Origin: Minisyncoccota bacterium
Lineage (GTDB): Bacteria > Patescibacteriota > Minisyncoccia > Phycocordibacterales > UBA9973
NCBI GenBank assembly: GCA_041662525.1
Contig: JBAZSF010000001.1
Location: 41,383-105,382 of the forward strand
Direction of reading: 5' to 3'
DNA length: 64,000 nucleotides
Below the pieces are notes generated by a model. That model did no database searches and was not told the origin of the DNA. It saw only the letters and a list, made by a program, of their open reading frames with translations. This document shows positions 36,438-46,473 of the stretch, in pieces. Position 1 is the stretch's first letter. The number at the start of each line of letters is the position of its first letter. The position numbers and the translations under genes are program-made.

Positions 36438-37214
36438 ATGAAGAAATATATCATTACATTATTTATTCTTTTTGTTTTACTGGTCTTATCTTTGTTTTTT
36501 TACTACAAATTTGACCCATCTTTGTTCACAAGGCTTTCTTTTTATATGAGTCTGGCGAATCCTTCTATGCGCATAGTGAAGGTCCAAGAGGGTCTGCGTA
36601 AAGAAGAAGTAGCGCAAGTAATAGCGAACAAGCTCAACTGGGATGTACAAGAAAAAGAGGATTTTATAAATAACGCAAGTGTAGAAGGGTATTATTTTCC
36701 AAAAACTTACTTAATTTATAAAGATGATGATCCTTCTGCAGTCAAAGCGACTATGCTTGATGAATTTAACAAACAAGTAAATACAATAAAAAAACCAAAA
36801 TCAAAACAGATAATAAATGAAGATACTGCTATTAAAATTGCTTCCATTATTCAGCGTGAAGCAGCCGGTAAAAAAGATATGAATTTAATTTCAGGAATAA
36901 TTTGGAATCGTATTTTTAATGGAATGAAATTGCAAATAGACGCAACTCTTCAATACGCTAAAGGAAGTGAAGAAGATGGTTGGTGGCAACGAGTTAATTC
37001 TGAAGATAAAAAAATAGAATCTACTTATAACACTTACCTTTATGCTGGATTACCGCCTGGGCCTATCGCAAACCCCGGACTAGCTGCTATCTCTGCCGCT
37101 TATAATCCACAAAAAACAAAGTGCCTTTTTTACTTGCATGACAAAAAAAGAAAGATCCACTGTGCAGCGACCTACGAGGAACACAAAAAAAATATAGAGA
37201 TTTATCTCAAATAA
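36438..37214 (+). CDS. mltG: endolytic murein transglycosylase MltG (YceG-like)
   Basis: ASIIQREA...YNTYLYAGLPPGPIANPG; N-terminal TM. Confidence 0.85.
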   Translation: MKKYIITLFILFVLLVLSLFFYYKFDPSLFTRLSFYMSLANPSMRIVKVQEGLRKEEVAQVIANKLNWDVQEKEDFINNASVEGYYFPKTYLIYKDDDPSAVKATMLDEFNKQVNTIKKPKSKQIINEDTAIKIASIIQREAAGKKDMNLISGIIWNRIFNGMKLQIDATLQYAKGSEEDGWWQRVNSEDKKIESTYNTYLYAGLPPGPIANPGLAAISAAYNPQKTKCLFYLHDKKRKIHCAATYEEHKKNIEIYLK

Positions 37215-37268
37215 AAGATAAGGTAACTAAACTTGCATATATCCGTCTTTTATTGATACAATATACCT

Positions 37269-37508
37269 ATGCAAAAAGCACGTATATTTTTAGTTTTGGG
37301 TATTTGGATAGCAGTATTGCCATATTTAGGTTTCCCATATTCTTGGAAAGATGTTTTGACAACTCTTTCCGGAATTGGACTTATTTGTGCAAGCTATATG
37401 ATGTACAAAGAATCTAAACTAAAGGAAGTTCAAAAAGAAAAAACTTTTGATAATTTTAGAGAGAATGATTTCAAAGAAGAACCTGAAGAAGAAAAATATA
37501 ACACATAA
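37269..37508 (+). CDS. small membrane protein, unknown
   Basis: 79 aa with 2 TM helices and an acidic tail. Confidence 0.3.
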   Translation: MQKARIFLVLGIWIAVLPYLGFPYSWKDVLTTLSGIGLICASYMMYKESKLKEVQKEKTFDNFRENDFKEEPEEEKYNT

Positions 37509-37512
37509 TCTA

Positions 37513-38751
37513 ATGCAAAAATTTTCTGATTTTTTAAACACAAAACGTATCGCTGCTACTATTTTGATAGTTTTTTTATTTATTGCTACTTTTATCGGAG
37601 GTGTGTACGTTGGTGATTCTAATCGACCCGAGATAGATAAAGTTTTAGGTATTTCAAATAAAGAAACACAAGTTATAACAACAACAGATTTTTCTCCATT
37701 TTGGAAAGTTTGGAATACCATTAATGAGAAAAATCCGTCTGCAAGCGGGGTAACTGACCAAGACAGGGTATATGGAGCTATCGAAGGGCTTGTAAGCTCA
37801 TTAAACGACCCGTATAGCGTATTTTTTAACCCAGACGAGACGAAGTCTTTCGAAGAAGAAATATCCGGCAATTTTGACGGTATTGGTATGGAGGTCGGAA
37901 TAAAAGACAAAATCCTTACTGTTATCGCTTCACTCAAAGATACTCCGGCTTATCGAGCAAATATAAAATCTGGTGATAAAATTCTTAAAATTGATACTAC
38001 TGTCACCACAGACTTAAGTATTGAAAAAGCAATTAAGTTAATACGTGGACCAAAAGGAACGACTGTCACACTTACAATTTTTAGAGAGGGAAGTCAAAAG
38101 CCAGAAGAAATAAAAATAGTACGAGACACTATAAATATACCGACATTAGATACGGAATTGAGAAAAGATGGAATTTTTGTAATTAAACTCTATAGTTTTT
38201 CTGCTAATTCTGCTAATCTTTTTCGTAATGCGATGAAGCAATTTGCAGAATCTGGATCTGATAAACTTTTACTTGATTTGAGAGGGAATCCTGGAGGCTA
38301 CTTGGATGCATCTGTGGATATGGCAAGCTGGTTCTTACCAGAAGGAAAGACAGTCGTAACTGAAGACTATGGTAATAGTAAAAAAGAAAAAATATTTAGA
38401 AGTAAGGGTTATAATATTTTTAATGATAAATTAAAATTTGTCATTTTAATTGATGATGGTTCCGCTTCAGCTTCTGAAATTCTCGCAGGTGCCATGCAAG
38501 ACAACGAGAAGGCAAAATTAGTAGGAAGCCAAAGTTTCGGTAAAGGATCAGTACAGGAAGTCATCGACATAACTCCAGATACGATTTTAAAAATAACAGT
38601 AGCAAAATGGCTAACACCTAACGGAAATTCTATTTCCGAAAAAGGATTAACACCAGATTATCCTGTAGAAATTACTCAAAAAGATTTAGATGCAAAAACA
38701 GATCCACAATTAAACAAAGCAGTAGAATTATTACTAGCACCTATCAACTAG
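37513..38751 (+). CDS. ctpA: carboxyl-terminal processing protease (S41)
   Basis: PDZ region plus LDLRGNPGGYL and ILIDDGSASASEI motifs. Start set at Met 37513 rather than 37447, which overlaps the previous ORF. Confidence 0.85.
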   Translation: MQKFSDFLNTKRIAATILIVFLFIATFIGGVYVGDSNRPEIDKVLGISNKETQVITTTDFSPFWKVWNTINEKNPSASGVTDQDRVYGAIEGLVSSLNDPYSVFFNPDETKSFEEEISGNFDGIGMEVGIKDKILTVIASLKDTPAYRANIKSGDKILKIDTTVTTDLSIEKAIKLIRGPKGTTVTLTIFREGSQKPEEIKIVRDTINIPTLDTELRKDGIFVIKLYSFSANSANLFRNAMKQFAESGSDKLLLDLRGNPGGYLDASVDMASWFLPEGKTVVTEDYGNSKKEKIFRSKGYNIFNDKLKFVILIDDGSASASEILAGAMQDNEKAKLVGSQSFGKGSVQEVIDITPDTILKITVAKWLTPNGNSISEKGLTPDYPVEITQKDLDAKTDPQLNKAVELLLAPIN

Positions 38752-38764
38752 AAACTGATTATCT

Positions 38765-39208
38765 ATGAAAGTTATATTTTTAAAAGATGTGCCTAGGGTA
38801 GGGAAAAGACACGATACAAAAGAAGTAAACGACGGCTATGCCCTCAATTTTCTAATTCCTAGAAAGTTTGCTGAAATGGCGACTCCAAATGCTCTTGCCT
38901 TACTAGAAACAAAAAAGAAAAATATTAAAATAGAAAGAGAAATGCAAGAAGATCTTTTGCTAAAAAATTTGGAAAATATAAAAGAAAAAATCGTCACAAT
39001 AAAAGCCAAAGCAGATGAAAAAGGACATTTATTCTCTGGGATAAAAAATAAAGAGATTATAAAAGAGATGAAAGCTCAACACAATGCTGAAATCAGTGAA
39101 GAATCTATTGTTTTAGAAAAACCAATTAAAGAAATAGGGGAGTTTGAAATCCAAATTTCCATGAAAGACAAAAAATCTTCTTTTAAGCTAAAAGTAGAGA
39201 GAGCTTAA
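38765..39208 (+). CDS. rplI: 50S ribosomal protein L9
   Basis: [33 protein letters not shown]-terminus. Confidence 0.9.
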   Translation: MKVIFLKDVPRVGKRHDTKEVNDGYALNFLIPRKFAEMATPNALALLETKKKNIKIEREMQEDLLLKNLENIKEKIVTIKAKADEKGHLFSGIKNKEIIKEMKAQHNAEISEESIVLEKPIKEIGEFEIQISMKDKKSSFKLKVERA

Positions 39209-39480
39209 ATTACTACATTTACAACCTTTTTAACTGCTGTTTTGCCGTTAAAAGATGTTTTTCGTTTAGAGCCGAATTTAACTATGCCGTCTTTGAGAGC
39301 AAAAAGAGTGTGGTCTTTACCAGCAGAAACATTTGTACCAGCCATAATAGCTGTGCCACGCTGACGAACGATAATAGAGCCAGATTGAGCCTTTTGGCCG
39401 TCAGTAAGCTTTATTCCAAGGTATTGTGGATTAGAATCTCTTAAGTTTTTCGCGGTTCCACCCGCCTTTCTATGTGCCAT
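39205..39480 (-). CDS. rpmA: 50S ribosomal protein L27
   Basis: [24 protein letters not shown]...IIVRQRGT. Confidence 0.9.
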   Translation of the reverse strand: MAHRKAGGTAKNLRDSNPQYLGIKLTDGQKAQSGSIIVRQRGTAIMAGTNVSAGKDHTLFALKDGIVKFGSKRKTSFNGKTAVKKVVNVVI

Positions 39481-39546
39481 TTGATGTTATTTTATTTAAT
39501 GCTAAAATTCATTTGTAATTGAATTACCACAAGTATATATAATTTT

Positions 39547-39915
39547 ATGGAAAAAATCAAGCAATTTATAAATGAAACAATTCAAAGTGAAAAAGGAAAG
39601 GATGTTTTAGTAGTTATTATTGTTATTTTAGTTGGCTTGATATCATTTGAACTAGGTAGACTATCTAAGGAAAATGACCAAGGGGGCCTTAAAATCGAAT
39701 ATACAGACCCAAATCTCACTCAAACGGCTAATATAATCTCTACGGTTACTAATAACAAAACAGGAAAAAATTTCTTTGCCTCCAGTAAGGGAAGTAAATA
39801 TTATTCTCTAGGATGCTCTGCTGGTAAAACTATTAAACAAGAAAACAGAGTTTACTTTGCAACAGGGGAAGAAGCAGAAGTGGCTGGATATACACTTTCT
39901 AGCTCGTGTAGGTAA
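39547..39915 (+). CDS. membrane-anchored protein with Ada-N-terminal-like (metal-binding-domain-like) fold lacking two of the four Cys
   Basis: YYSLGCSAGKTIKQENRVYFATGEEAEVAGYTLSSSCR resembles the Ada_Zn_binding pattern (C...ENRVFF...EA..AGYRPC.C) but only 2 Cys are present. Confidence 0.35.
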   Translation: MEKIKQFINETIQSEKGKDVLVVIIVILVGLISFELGRLSKENDQGGLKIEYTDPNLTQTANIISTVTNNKTGKNFFASSKGSKYYSLGCSAGKTIKQENRVYFATGEEAEVAGYTLSSSCR

Positions 39916-39952
39916 TATATATGAGTGTCGCACAATATATGTTTGGGTAGTA

Positions 39953-40153
39953 TTACTTAACACTATTAAAGAGATCCTTGAACCAATTTAATGCTTCCTT
40001 AAGCCAATTGATAATTTCAATCCAAGTAAGATTAAAATAACTTAAAATACCAGTTATTGTAAGATTAAAATATCTCATTAAAAGTAAAGCTAAAACAATA
40101 AGAATAATAATTTGCAAAAATCCACTTTGTTTATTTTTTATTTCATTTTTCAT
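39953..40153 (-). CDS. small membrane protein, unknown
   Basis: 66 aa with 2 TM helices. Confidence 0.3.
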   Translation of the reverse strand: MKNEIKNKQSGFLQIIILIVLALLLMRYFNLTITGILSYFNLTWIEIINWLKEALNWFKDLFNSVK

Positions 40154-40176
40154 ACTTATATTTTACCACACTAAAT

Positions 40177-41478
40177 TTATTTAAACATACTTGAATTCGT
40201 TGGTGGTAAATAATACATCGGGTCAAGATAAGCATTTATAGGTGCTAAGGGTTGAGTCAATGATTTTCCAGGGCAAGACTTGCTAGGAAGGTTCTTTACT
40301 TCGGCTGCATTAGGAGCATAAACAGACACATGCAAATGTGGACCTGTGGAATAACCTGTATTGCCACTATAAGCCACTACTGTGCCTCTCTCTACTCTTT
40401 CCCCCACTCTCGCTTTAACTAAAGACAAATGCCCAAAAGCACCAGAAAGACCATTATCATATTTAATAAAAACAAATTTTCCAAAAGAAGCACCCGGGCA
40501 TTGAACATCAGTATCTCCTACGCCAGCCACAATACCAGAAGCCATAGCTTTAACCGGTGTACCTACTGAGGCGCGAAAATCTACTCCACCATGAGAGCCA
40601 GATACATAAAGTCTTTTGGAATCCACTGTTTTGCCAAAAAGTTGAGTTATCAATACGTAATCAAGTGGCCAAGAAAATACTCCGGCATCAGGTAATTTCG
40701 AGGGATCTAAAATATATTTTAATTGAGATTCATAATCTCGAAGCTCTTTTTCAATTGCATTCTTTTGGGCAAGTCTATCTTTTAAAAGTTTTTGATAATT
40801 AGCTTCATTATTTTTTGTTTGTGATAAAAGTTTATTCTTTTCTTTTGTATTTTGCGCCACTATTTTTTGCTGATCAGAAAGTTGTATTTTGAGTTTTGAA
40901 AGTTCATTTTTTGTATCGATAGTCACCTTCCTTGTATCCTCTAAAACACCTTTTGTCTGTTTTAGTATAATTATATCTGCCCTCATTCTTTCACGAACAG
41001 TAATTATGTTATCTACATCATCCCAAACCACAGCTAAATCATTATTGGATAATATGTTTTCTATTAAACTGGTCTGCTCAATTTCATTCATGTTTTCAAT
41101 TTCAAGTTTAATAGATTCTATGTTATTTGTTATAGAATCTTCTTTATTGTTTATATCTGAACTTAAATTTTGTATTGTAAAATTTGTTTTATCGATTTTT
41201 TTTTGAGTAATAGTGATGTCTGCATCTAATTTTTTTTTAGTTAAATCAAGCGCTTTCAAAGAACCATTTAAGGAACTTTTTTGTTGCCCTAAACTATTAA
41301 GCTGTACTTGATAGTTAGCTATTTCTTTTTCTAATTGTAGAATATCAGCATTTTTTTGACTTATTTGGTTTTGAATTTCAGTAGCTGTTTGCGCATAAGA
41401 AAAAGCAAAAGGAGCTAAAAGCAAAATTATTAACAACAGTGTACTAAGCTGCTTTTTGTAATCGTGATATGGTTTCAT
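40177..41478 (-). CDS. M23 family metallopeptidase with N-terminal coiled-coil (EnvC/NlpD-like)
   Basis: Long coiled-coil then LytM motifs HGGVDF...GHLS...GNTGYSTGPHLH. Confidence 0.8.
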   Translation of the reverse strand: MKPYHDYKKQLSTLLLIILLLAPFAFSYAQTATEIQNQISQKNADILQLEKEIANYQVQLNSLGQQKSSLNGSLKALDLTKKKLDADITITQKKIDKTNFTIQNLSSDINNKEDSITNNIESIKLEIENMNEIEQTSLIENILSNNDLAVVWDDVDNIITVRERMRADIIILKQTKGVLEDTRKVTIDTKNELSKLKIQLSDQQKIVAQNTKEKNKLLSQTKNNEANYQKLLKDRLAQKNAIEKELRDYESQLKYILDPSKLPDAGVFSWPLDYVLITQLFGKTVDSKRLYVSGSHGGVDFRASVGTPVKAMASGIVAGVGDTDVQCPGASFGKFVFIKYDNGLSGAFGHLSLVKARVGERVERGTVVAYSGNTGYSTGPHLHVSVYAPNAAEVKNLPSKSCPGKSLTQPLAPINAYLDPMYYLPPTNSSMFK

Positions 41479-42889
41479 TTTTTCCTAAAATTTCCGCTAT
41501 GATAAATGGATCTGGTGATTTATCTAATCCTGACAAGGCAAAACGCACAGGGTGCAATAACTCTCCCCTGCTGTCTAATTTATCGGCTATTAACATTAAA
41601 GCATTTTTAATATTTTCTATTTTAAAATCTTTTTCAGTCAATCCGTCTAGCGTTTTTATTGCTAGCTGTAAATTTTCAGATATTTTTTCAGGCGAAGTAT
41701 TTTTAAAAATTAGTTTTTCTTTAGGGTAACTTGGCTGTTTAAAGAATAAATCTAGCTCCCCTCTCGTAGCCATGTCTTTTACATCCCCCCATTTTGAAAT
41801 TCGTTCTAAAATAATAGGAACGAGTTTTGGATTACGCATTTCTTTAGGTAGCCATTCTAGAATATTTTTTTCTACTTCATCGTAAGAAAGTAATTTTATA
41901 TGCTCTTTATTTAGCCAATTTAATTTATCATCACTCCATTGCGCTCCAGAACGCTGAATTTTAGTTAGATCAAAGATATTAATTAATTCTTCTCTTGTAT
42001 ACACTTCTTTTTCTCCACCTGGATTAAAACCAAGAAATGCTAAATAATTTATCATTGCATCAGGTAAATATCCTTCTTTTTCATAATCTAAAACATCTTT
42101 CGCGCCGTCACGTTTGCCGAGTTTTTTGTTTCCATCCGCACCCATTATCGGAGGAGTCGTCACGAAATATGGAGGGGTAACACCGAGTGCTTCATAAACA
42201 GACAAAAACTTCGGGGTTGAAGATATAAATTCTTGTCCTCGTACCACATGAGTCACCTTCATTTCTATGTCATCCACAATATGCGCGAAGTTGTACGTAG
42301 GATATCCATCGCTTTTTATTAAAATAAAATCATCTAATGCTTCTGGTCCAGCAGAGAGCTCTCCCCATACAATATCATTCCAAATTGTTTGTTTTAGTTC
42401 TACTACCTTGAATCGAAGTGGCGTAGACCCATCCCACACAGATGGATTTTCTGGCCCGCCTAGACTCGCACTAGTCGAGGCTGGTCTATGCTCTCGATAC
42501 AAAAATGGTTTTTTATCCGCCTCAGCTTCTTGCCTAAATTTTCCTATTTCCTCTTCTGTATAAGGATCTGCATATGCCAAGCCTTTTTTTATTAAAATTT
42601 CAGCATATTTTTTATATAATTCTAATCTCTCTGATTGAATATAAGGCGCACAAGGTCCACCGATATCTGGTCCTTGATCCCAATTCAAACCAAGCCATTT
42701 TAATGATTTTTGAATATGCTCTATAGAGCCTGCCACTTCCCTTTCCTTATCAGTGTCCTCGATTCGTAAGATAAATTGACCATTGTTTTTTCTAGCCAAA
42801 AGCCACGCATAAAGCGCAGTTCTTACTCCCCCCACATGCATAAAACCTGTCGGGCTAGGCGCAAATCTTGTTACTACTTTCTTTTCCAT
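41444..42889 (-). CDS. gltX: glutamate--tRNA ligase
   Basis: VVTRFAPSPTGFMHVGGVRTALYAW (HIGH region). Confidence 0.9.
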   Translation of the reverse strand: MEKKVVTRFAPSPTGFMHVGGVRTALYAWLLARKNNGQFILRIEDTDKEREVAGSIEHIQKSLKWLGLNWDQGPDIGGPCAPYIQSERLELYKKYAEILIKKGLAYADPYTEEEIGKFRQEAEADKKPFLYREHRPASTSASLGGPENPSVWDGSTPLRFKVVELKQTIWNDIVWGELSAGPEALDDFILIKSDGYPTYNFAHIVDDIEMKVTHVVRGQEFISSTPKFLSVYEALGVTPPYFVTTPPIMGADGNKKLGKRDGAKDVLDYEKEGYLPDAMINYLAFLGFNPGGEKEVYTREELINIFDLTKIQRSGAQWSDDKLNWLNKEHIKLLSYDEVEKNILEWLPKEMRNPKLVPIILERISKWGDVKDMATRGELDLFFKQPSYPKEKLIFKNTSPEKISENLQLAIKTLDGLTEKDFKIENIKNALMLIADKLDSRGELLHPVRFALSGLDKSPDPFIIAEILGKNETISRLQKAA

Positions 42890-42905
42890 TACTGTATTTT
42901 AACAT

Positions 42906-44036
42906 CTATTCCTCATGACTCAAAGCTATATCCACTAGTTCTCGAGCTATTTTTTCAGCAGCGCCTTCTTTGTTGAAAGCTTTTGCATTTTGTGTCATTT
43001 TTTCATAACTTACCTTGTCTTCTATTATTCTTTCAATTTCTAAACTTAAAATATTAGCTGTCATATTATCTTCTTCAATAACACTACAAGCTCCAGCTCG
43101 TGCATAACTAAAAGCATTTTTTCTTGAGTGATCAGCATTTGAATTCTTAAAAGGAACTAAGATTGACGGCACACCCCAAGAAGCTATTTCAAATAAAGTT
43201 GATCCAGCACGAGAAACAATAATAGTAGCAACACCTGCCGTCATTTTCATTTGTAAAGAATTTAAAAATGGAAAAGGTAAATATCTTGCCTTGTTCTTAT
43301 TCTCTGCTAATATAACTTCCGCTTCTCCAGAAACTGTTTTAAATTTTTGAACTCCAGTTTGGTGAACAATTTGATAATTTTTTATTAATATTGGTAATGC
43401 ATCCAAAACAACATTATTTATAAGTTCTGCTCCTTGAGAGCCACCAAGTATAACAATAATAGGTATTTCTTCTTCTAATTTTAAATATTTTAATGCTTCT
43501 TTTTGTGGTGATTTATGCTCTATTTCAGTCCTTATGGGTTGTCCTGTCCAAGCGACAATTTCCTTTGGAAAAAAAACAGCAGCCTCAGCAAAAGACACAG
43601 CAACTTTTTTAGCAAAATGTCCTGCCCAAAGATTCACTCGTCCAGGAGCAGAATCTGATTCATGAATTAAAACAGGGATACGTAAAATTCTAGCTGCGAA
43701 AATCGTCGGAAAAGAGGCATATCCTCCTTTGCCAAAAACAACATCTGGATAAATTGAAAATAATTTAAAAATTGCATTAATAATACCAAAAAAAATTTTG
43801 AAAATATCAATAAAATTTTGAAATGAAAAATAAGTACGCATTTTCCCAGATACTATTTTTTCATACAAAAGTTCATTTTCAACAAGTATTTTTTTATCAT
43901 AAGGACTATCAGAAAAATAATAAAGTTTCGCTCCTACGATATGTTCCTGGTCTATTATTTTATTAACTTTTTGGGCAATAGCAATAAGTGGATAAAAATG
44001 TCCACCCGTCCCACCACCCGTAAAAACTATTTTCAT
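42906..44036 (-). CDS. murG: UDP-N-acetylglucosamine--N-acetylmuramyl-(pentapeptide) pyrophosphoryl-undecaprenol N-acetylglucosamine transferase
   Basis: MKIVFTGGGTGGHFYP N-terminus. Confidence 0.9.
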   Translation of the reverse strand: MKIVFTGGGTGGHFYPLIAIAQKVNKIIDQEHIVGAKLYYFSDSPYDKKILVENELLYEKIVSGKMRTYFSFQNFIDIFKIFFGIINAIFKLFSIYPDVVFGKGGYASFPTIFAARILRIPVLIHESDSAPGRVNLWAGHFAKKVAVSFAEAAVFFPKEIVAWTGQPIRTEIEHKSPQKEALKYLKLEEEIPIIVILGGSQGAELINNVVLDALPILIKNYQIVHQTGVQKFKTVSGEAEVILAENKNKARYLPFPFLNSLQMKMTAGVATIIVSRAGSTLFEIASWGVPSILVPFKNSNADHSRKNAFSYARAGACSVIEEDNMTANILSLEIERIIEDKVSYEKMTQNAKAFNKEGAAEKIARELVDIALSHEE

Positions 44037-44155
44037 CCCGTTAGAAGCAGATCGCGATCAACTCGCGTATCTGATGTTTTAAGTTATTAATTTTTTCTAT
44101 GTTTAATTTCATGTTTTGTTTATTTTTAAATTGCGATCGCGGCTTCTAACGGGAT
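44035..44155. repeat. 121-nt inverted-repeat element (termini ATCCCGTTAGAAGC ... GCTTCTAACGGGAT) exactly filling the ftsW-stop/murG-start junction
   Basis: Imperfect ~23-bp terminal inverted repeat around a ~75-nt AT-rich interior. Outer bases include the murG start codon and abut the ftsW stop. Confidence 0.7.
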
Positions 44156-45258
44156 TAATTATTTTTACGCTGAAATCTAGATATATTAAGCACAATACCC
44201 ATTGCCATCATGAAAACCATAAGTGAAGTACCTCCTTGACTCATGAAAACTAACGGCACTCCTGTCAATGGAAAAACACCAATTACAGAAGCGATATGCA
44301 TAAATGATTGTGCTGTAATTAGTATAACAATTCCATAAACTAAAAGTCCACTAAAAGCATCTGGAGAGCGATTAGCGATACGAAAACCACGTAAAATAAA
44401 AAACAAATAAAGAAATATTGTAATTATTGACCCAACAAAGCCCAATTCTTCACCCAAGACAGCAAAAATAGAGTCACCTTGTGGCTCAGGAAGATAACTA
44501 AATTTTTGAATACTTTGACCAAATCCACGTCCAAAAATACCACCTGATCCCAAAGCAATAAGCGATTGTTGAATTTGATAAGAAGACCCTTGCGCATCTC
44601 CCGATGGATTAATAAAAGTTTTTACTCTTTCTTGTAAGTATGGCTTAAAAAAAACTAGAGTTCCGAGTAGTAGAACTACTCCAAAGATTGTACCAAAAAT
44701 ATACTTTAAGGGAACACTAGAAATAAAAAGCATCGAGATTCCAGTAATAGAAATAAGAATAAAACTTTTTGTATCTGGTTGTTTTAATAAAACAAAAGCA
44801 ATAACTGTAATCATTATTAAAAATGGTAAAATTCCAAATCTAAAATCCTGCACTTTATTTTTTACCCACGACAACCAAGCTGCAAAATAAATAATAAAGC
44901 CAAATTTTAAAAATTCTACTGGTTGAAATTGAAAGGTTCCGATTTGTATCCACCTAGACGCTCCTCCATGACTCCATCCAAGAGTTGGAATAAAAACCGC
45001 GGCAGTTAATAATATGGACCCTAAAAAAAATAAAAAGGAAAATTTACGCCAAAATTTATAATTTATTTTAGAACAAAAATACATACCTAAAAATCCAAGA
45101 CCAAGACCGAGGACCAATTGACTAAAAAGCACTGAATAAAATATTTTTTCATTTTTTGCCAAAATTCCCAAAGAGGCCGAAATAAACATAGCCACTCCAA
45201 GGGCTAATAAAATAAATATAATTATAAGAAAAAATTTATCTACTTTTTTTTCTTTCAT
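44155..45258 (-). CDS. ftsW: SEDS-family peptidoglycan glycosyltransferase FtsW/RodA
   Basis: 10-TM SEDS topology with conserved SQGGTS motif. Confidence 0.85.
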   Translation of the reverse strand: MKEKKVDKFFLIIIFILLALGVAMFISASLGILAKNEKIFYSVLFSQLVLGLGLGFLGMYFCSKINYKFWRKFSFLFFLGSILLTAAVFIPTLGWSHGGASRWIQIGTFQFQPVEFLKFGFIIYFAAWLSWVKNKVQDFRFGILPFLIMITVIAFVLLKQPDTKSFILISITGISMLFISSVPLKYIFGTIFGVVLLLGTLVFFKPYLQERVKTFINPSGDAQGSSYQIQQSLIALGSGGIFGRGFGQSIQKFSYLPEPQGDSIFAVLGEELGFVGSIITIFLYLFFILRGFRIANRSPDAFSGLLVYGIVILITAQSFMHIASVIGVFPLTGVPLVFMSQGGTSLMVFMMAMGIVLNISRFQRKNN

Positions 45259-45379
45259 CCCGTTAGAGGTAGGAAATGCTCTGCATTTCCGTAGTTATAT
45301 TACTTATAATTAAAATTTTCAACATTAATTGTTTTTCTATATTATTTAAAATAATAAACTATACAACCTCTAACGGGAT
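45257..45379. repeat. 123-nt inverted-repeat element (termini ATCCCGTTAGAGGT ... ACCTCTAACGGGAT, 14-bp perfect) filling the mraY-stop/ftsW-start junction; second copy of the 44035 family
   Basis: Shares the 11-nt terminus ATCCCGTTAGA with the 44035 element. Contains an inner 8-bp hairpin ggaaatgc-tct-gcatttcc. The right arm ends at the AT of the ftsW start codon. Confidence 0.7.
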
Positions 45380-45382
45380 TCA

Positions 45383-46438
45383 TTACCTACTCACTATTGC
45401 TAAAATCACACCTACAATAGCAAATACAATTGAAAGAATCCAAAAACGCATTGTCACTTTATAAGATGGCCAACCAAGTGCTTCAAAATGATGATGAATA
45501 GGTGCTAATTTAAACAATCGTTTTCCTCCCCTTATTTTTTTTGAACATATCTGTAAAACGACAGAACCAGATGAAATCACAAGAGGTAGGGCAATAATGG
45601 GAAGAATTAAAACTGAATCAGTTAAAAATGCAAATGTCGCCAAAGTAATAGTTAGACCCATAATACCAGTCTCTCCCATATAAAATCTAGCAGGCGGAAT
45701 ATTAAACCAAAGAAATGCAAGAATCGCTCCAGTGATAACTCCTGAAAAAGCAGCGAGATCTATTTGATTATTGGCAAAAGCTATCGCCGAATAAGCGGCA
45801 AAAATGGACGCAAGTACTCCCCCTGAAAGTCCGTCTATACCATCGATTACTCCGCCAGAAAAAGTCGCTACTGCCACTATTATAAAAAATGGAATTATAA
45901 AAATACCTAAGTAAATATTTCCTGCAAACGGGATATGAATCGATGTCATACCTAGTTTATAAAAAAACCAAAACCCTATAAAAAGAGAAATAAGAGTCAC
46001 AAGAAAAACTTTCCATTTGCGCCATGATTTATCATCCCGAGCAAATTTTCCCGCACCATAAATTTGAATAAGATCATCCCAAAGCCCTAGCAATGAGCCT
46101 AAAAGGAGTGTAAAAAAAGGTATTAGAGTTTGGTTACGACTCAAGAAAGTCATTTTTTCTGTACTAATTGATGGAAAAAAATTTGATGCTAGAAAAAAAA
46201 GGATTGTAGTAAAAAGAACAGAAACCCAGATTATTATTCCACCAACACGGGGTGTTTTTAATTCTTCTTTTTCATTATGTACTTTATGAAAATCAGATGC
46301 AGACGTACCAATATTCCTAGAATATTTTTTCCACATTTTATATTTATAAAAAAAATGAGTAGCAAATGGAGTAAGCAAAAGACCTAAGAAAAAAGCAAAT
46401 GTTGTCGGCACAAAAATTTTAACTAAATTTAAAAGCAT
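45383..46438 (-). CDS. mraY: phospho-N-acetylmuramoyl-pentapeptide transferase
   Basis: LLGLWDDL and polytopic MraY topology. Confidence 0.9.
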   Translation of the reverse strand: MLLNLVKIFVPTTFAFFLGLLLTPFATHFFYKYKMWKKYSRNIGTSASDFHKVHNEKEELKTPRVGGIIIWVSVLFTTILFFLASNFFPSISTEKMTFLSRNQTLIPFFTLLLGSLLGLWDDLIQIYGAGKFARDDKSWRKWKVFLVTLISLFIGFWFFYKLGMTSIHIPFAGNIYLGIFIIPFFIIVAVATFSGGVIDGIDGLSGGVLASIFAAYSAIAFANNQIDLAAFSGVITGAILAFLWFNIPPARFYMGETGIMGLTITLATFAFLTDSVLILPIIALPLVISSGSVVLQICSKKIRGGKRLFKLAPIHHHFEALGWPSYKVTMRFWILSIVFAIVGVILAIVSR

Positions 46439-46473
46439 TGATTTATTATAGCAATAAATGCTATCGTTCTCAA

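Noticed and set aside
37447-37512. ORF-track start of ctpA at 37447
   Set aside because: Overlaps the preceding small ORF by 60 nt. Met 37513 (MQKFSDFLNT, followed by a TM anchor) is a more plausible start.
46438-46473. ORF-track start of the VanY-like gene at 46438 (sharing a nucleotide with the mraY start)
   Set aside because: Internal Met 46474 gives a canonical signal peptide and avoids a head-to-head overlap.
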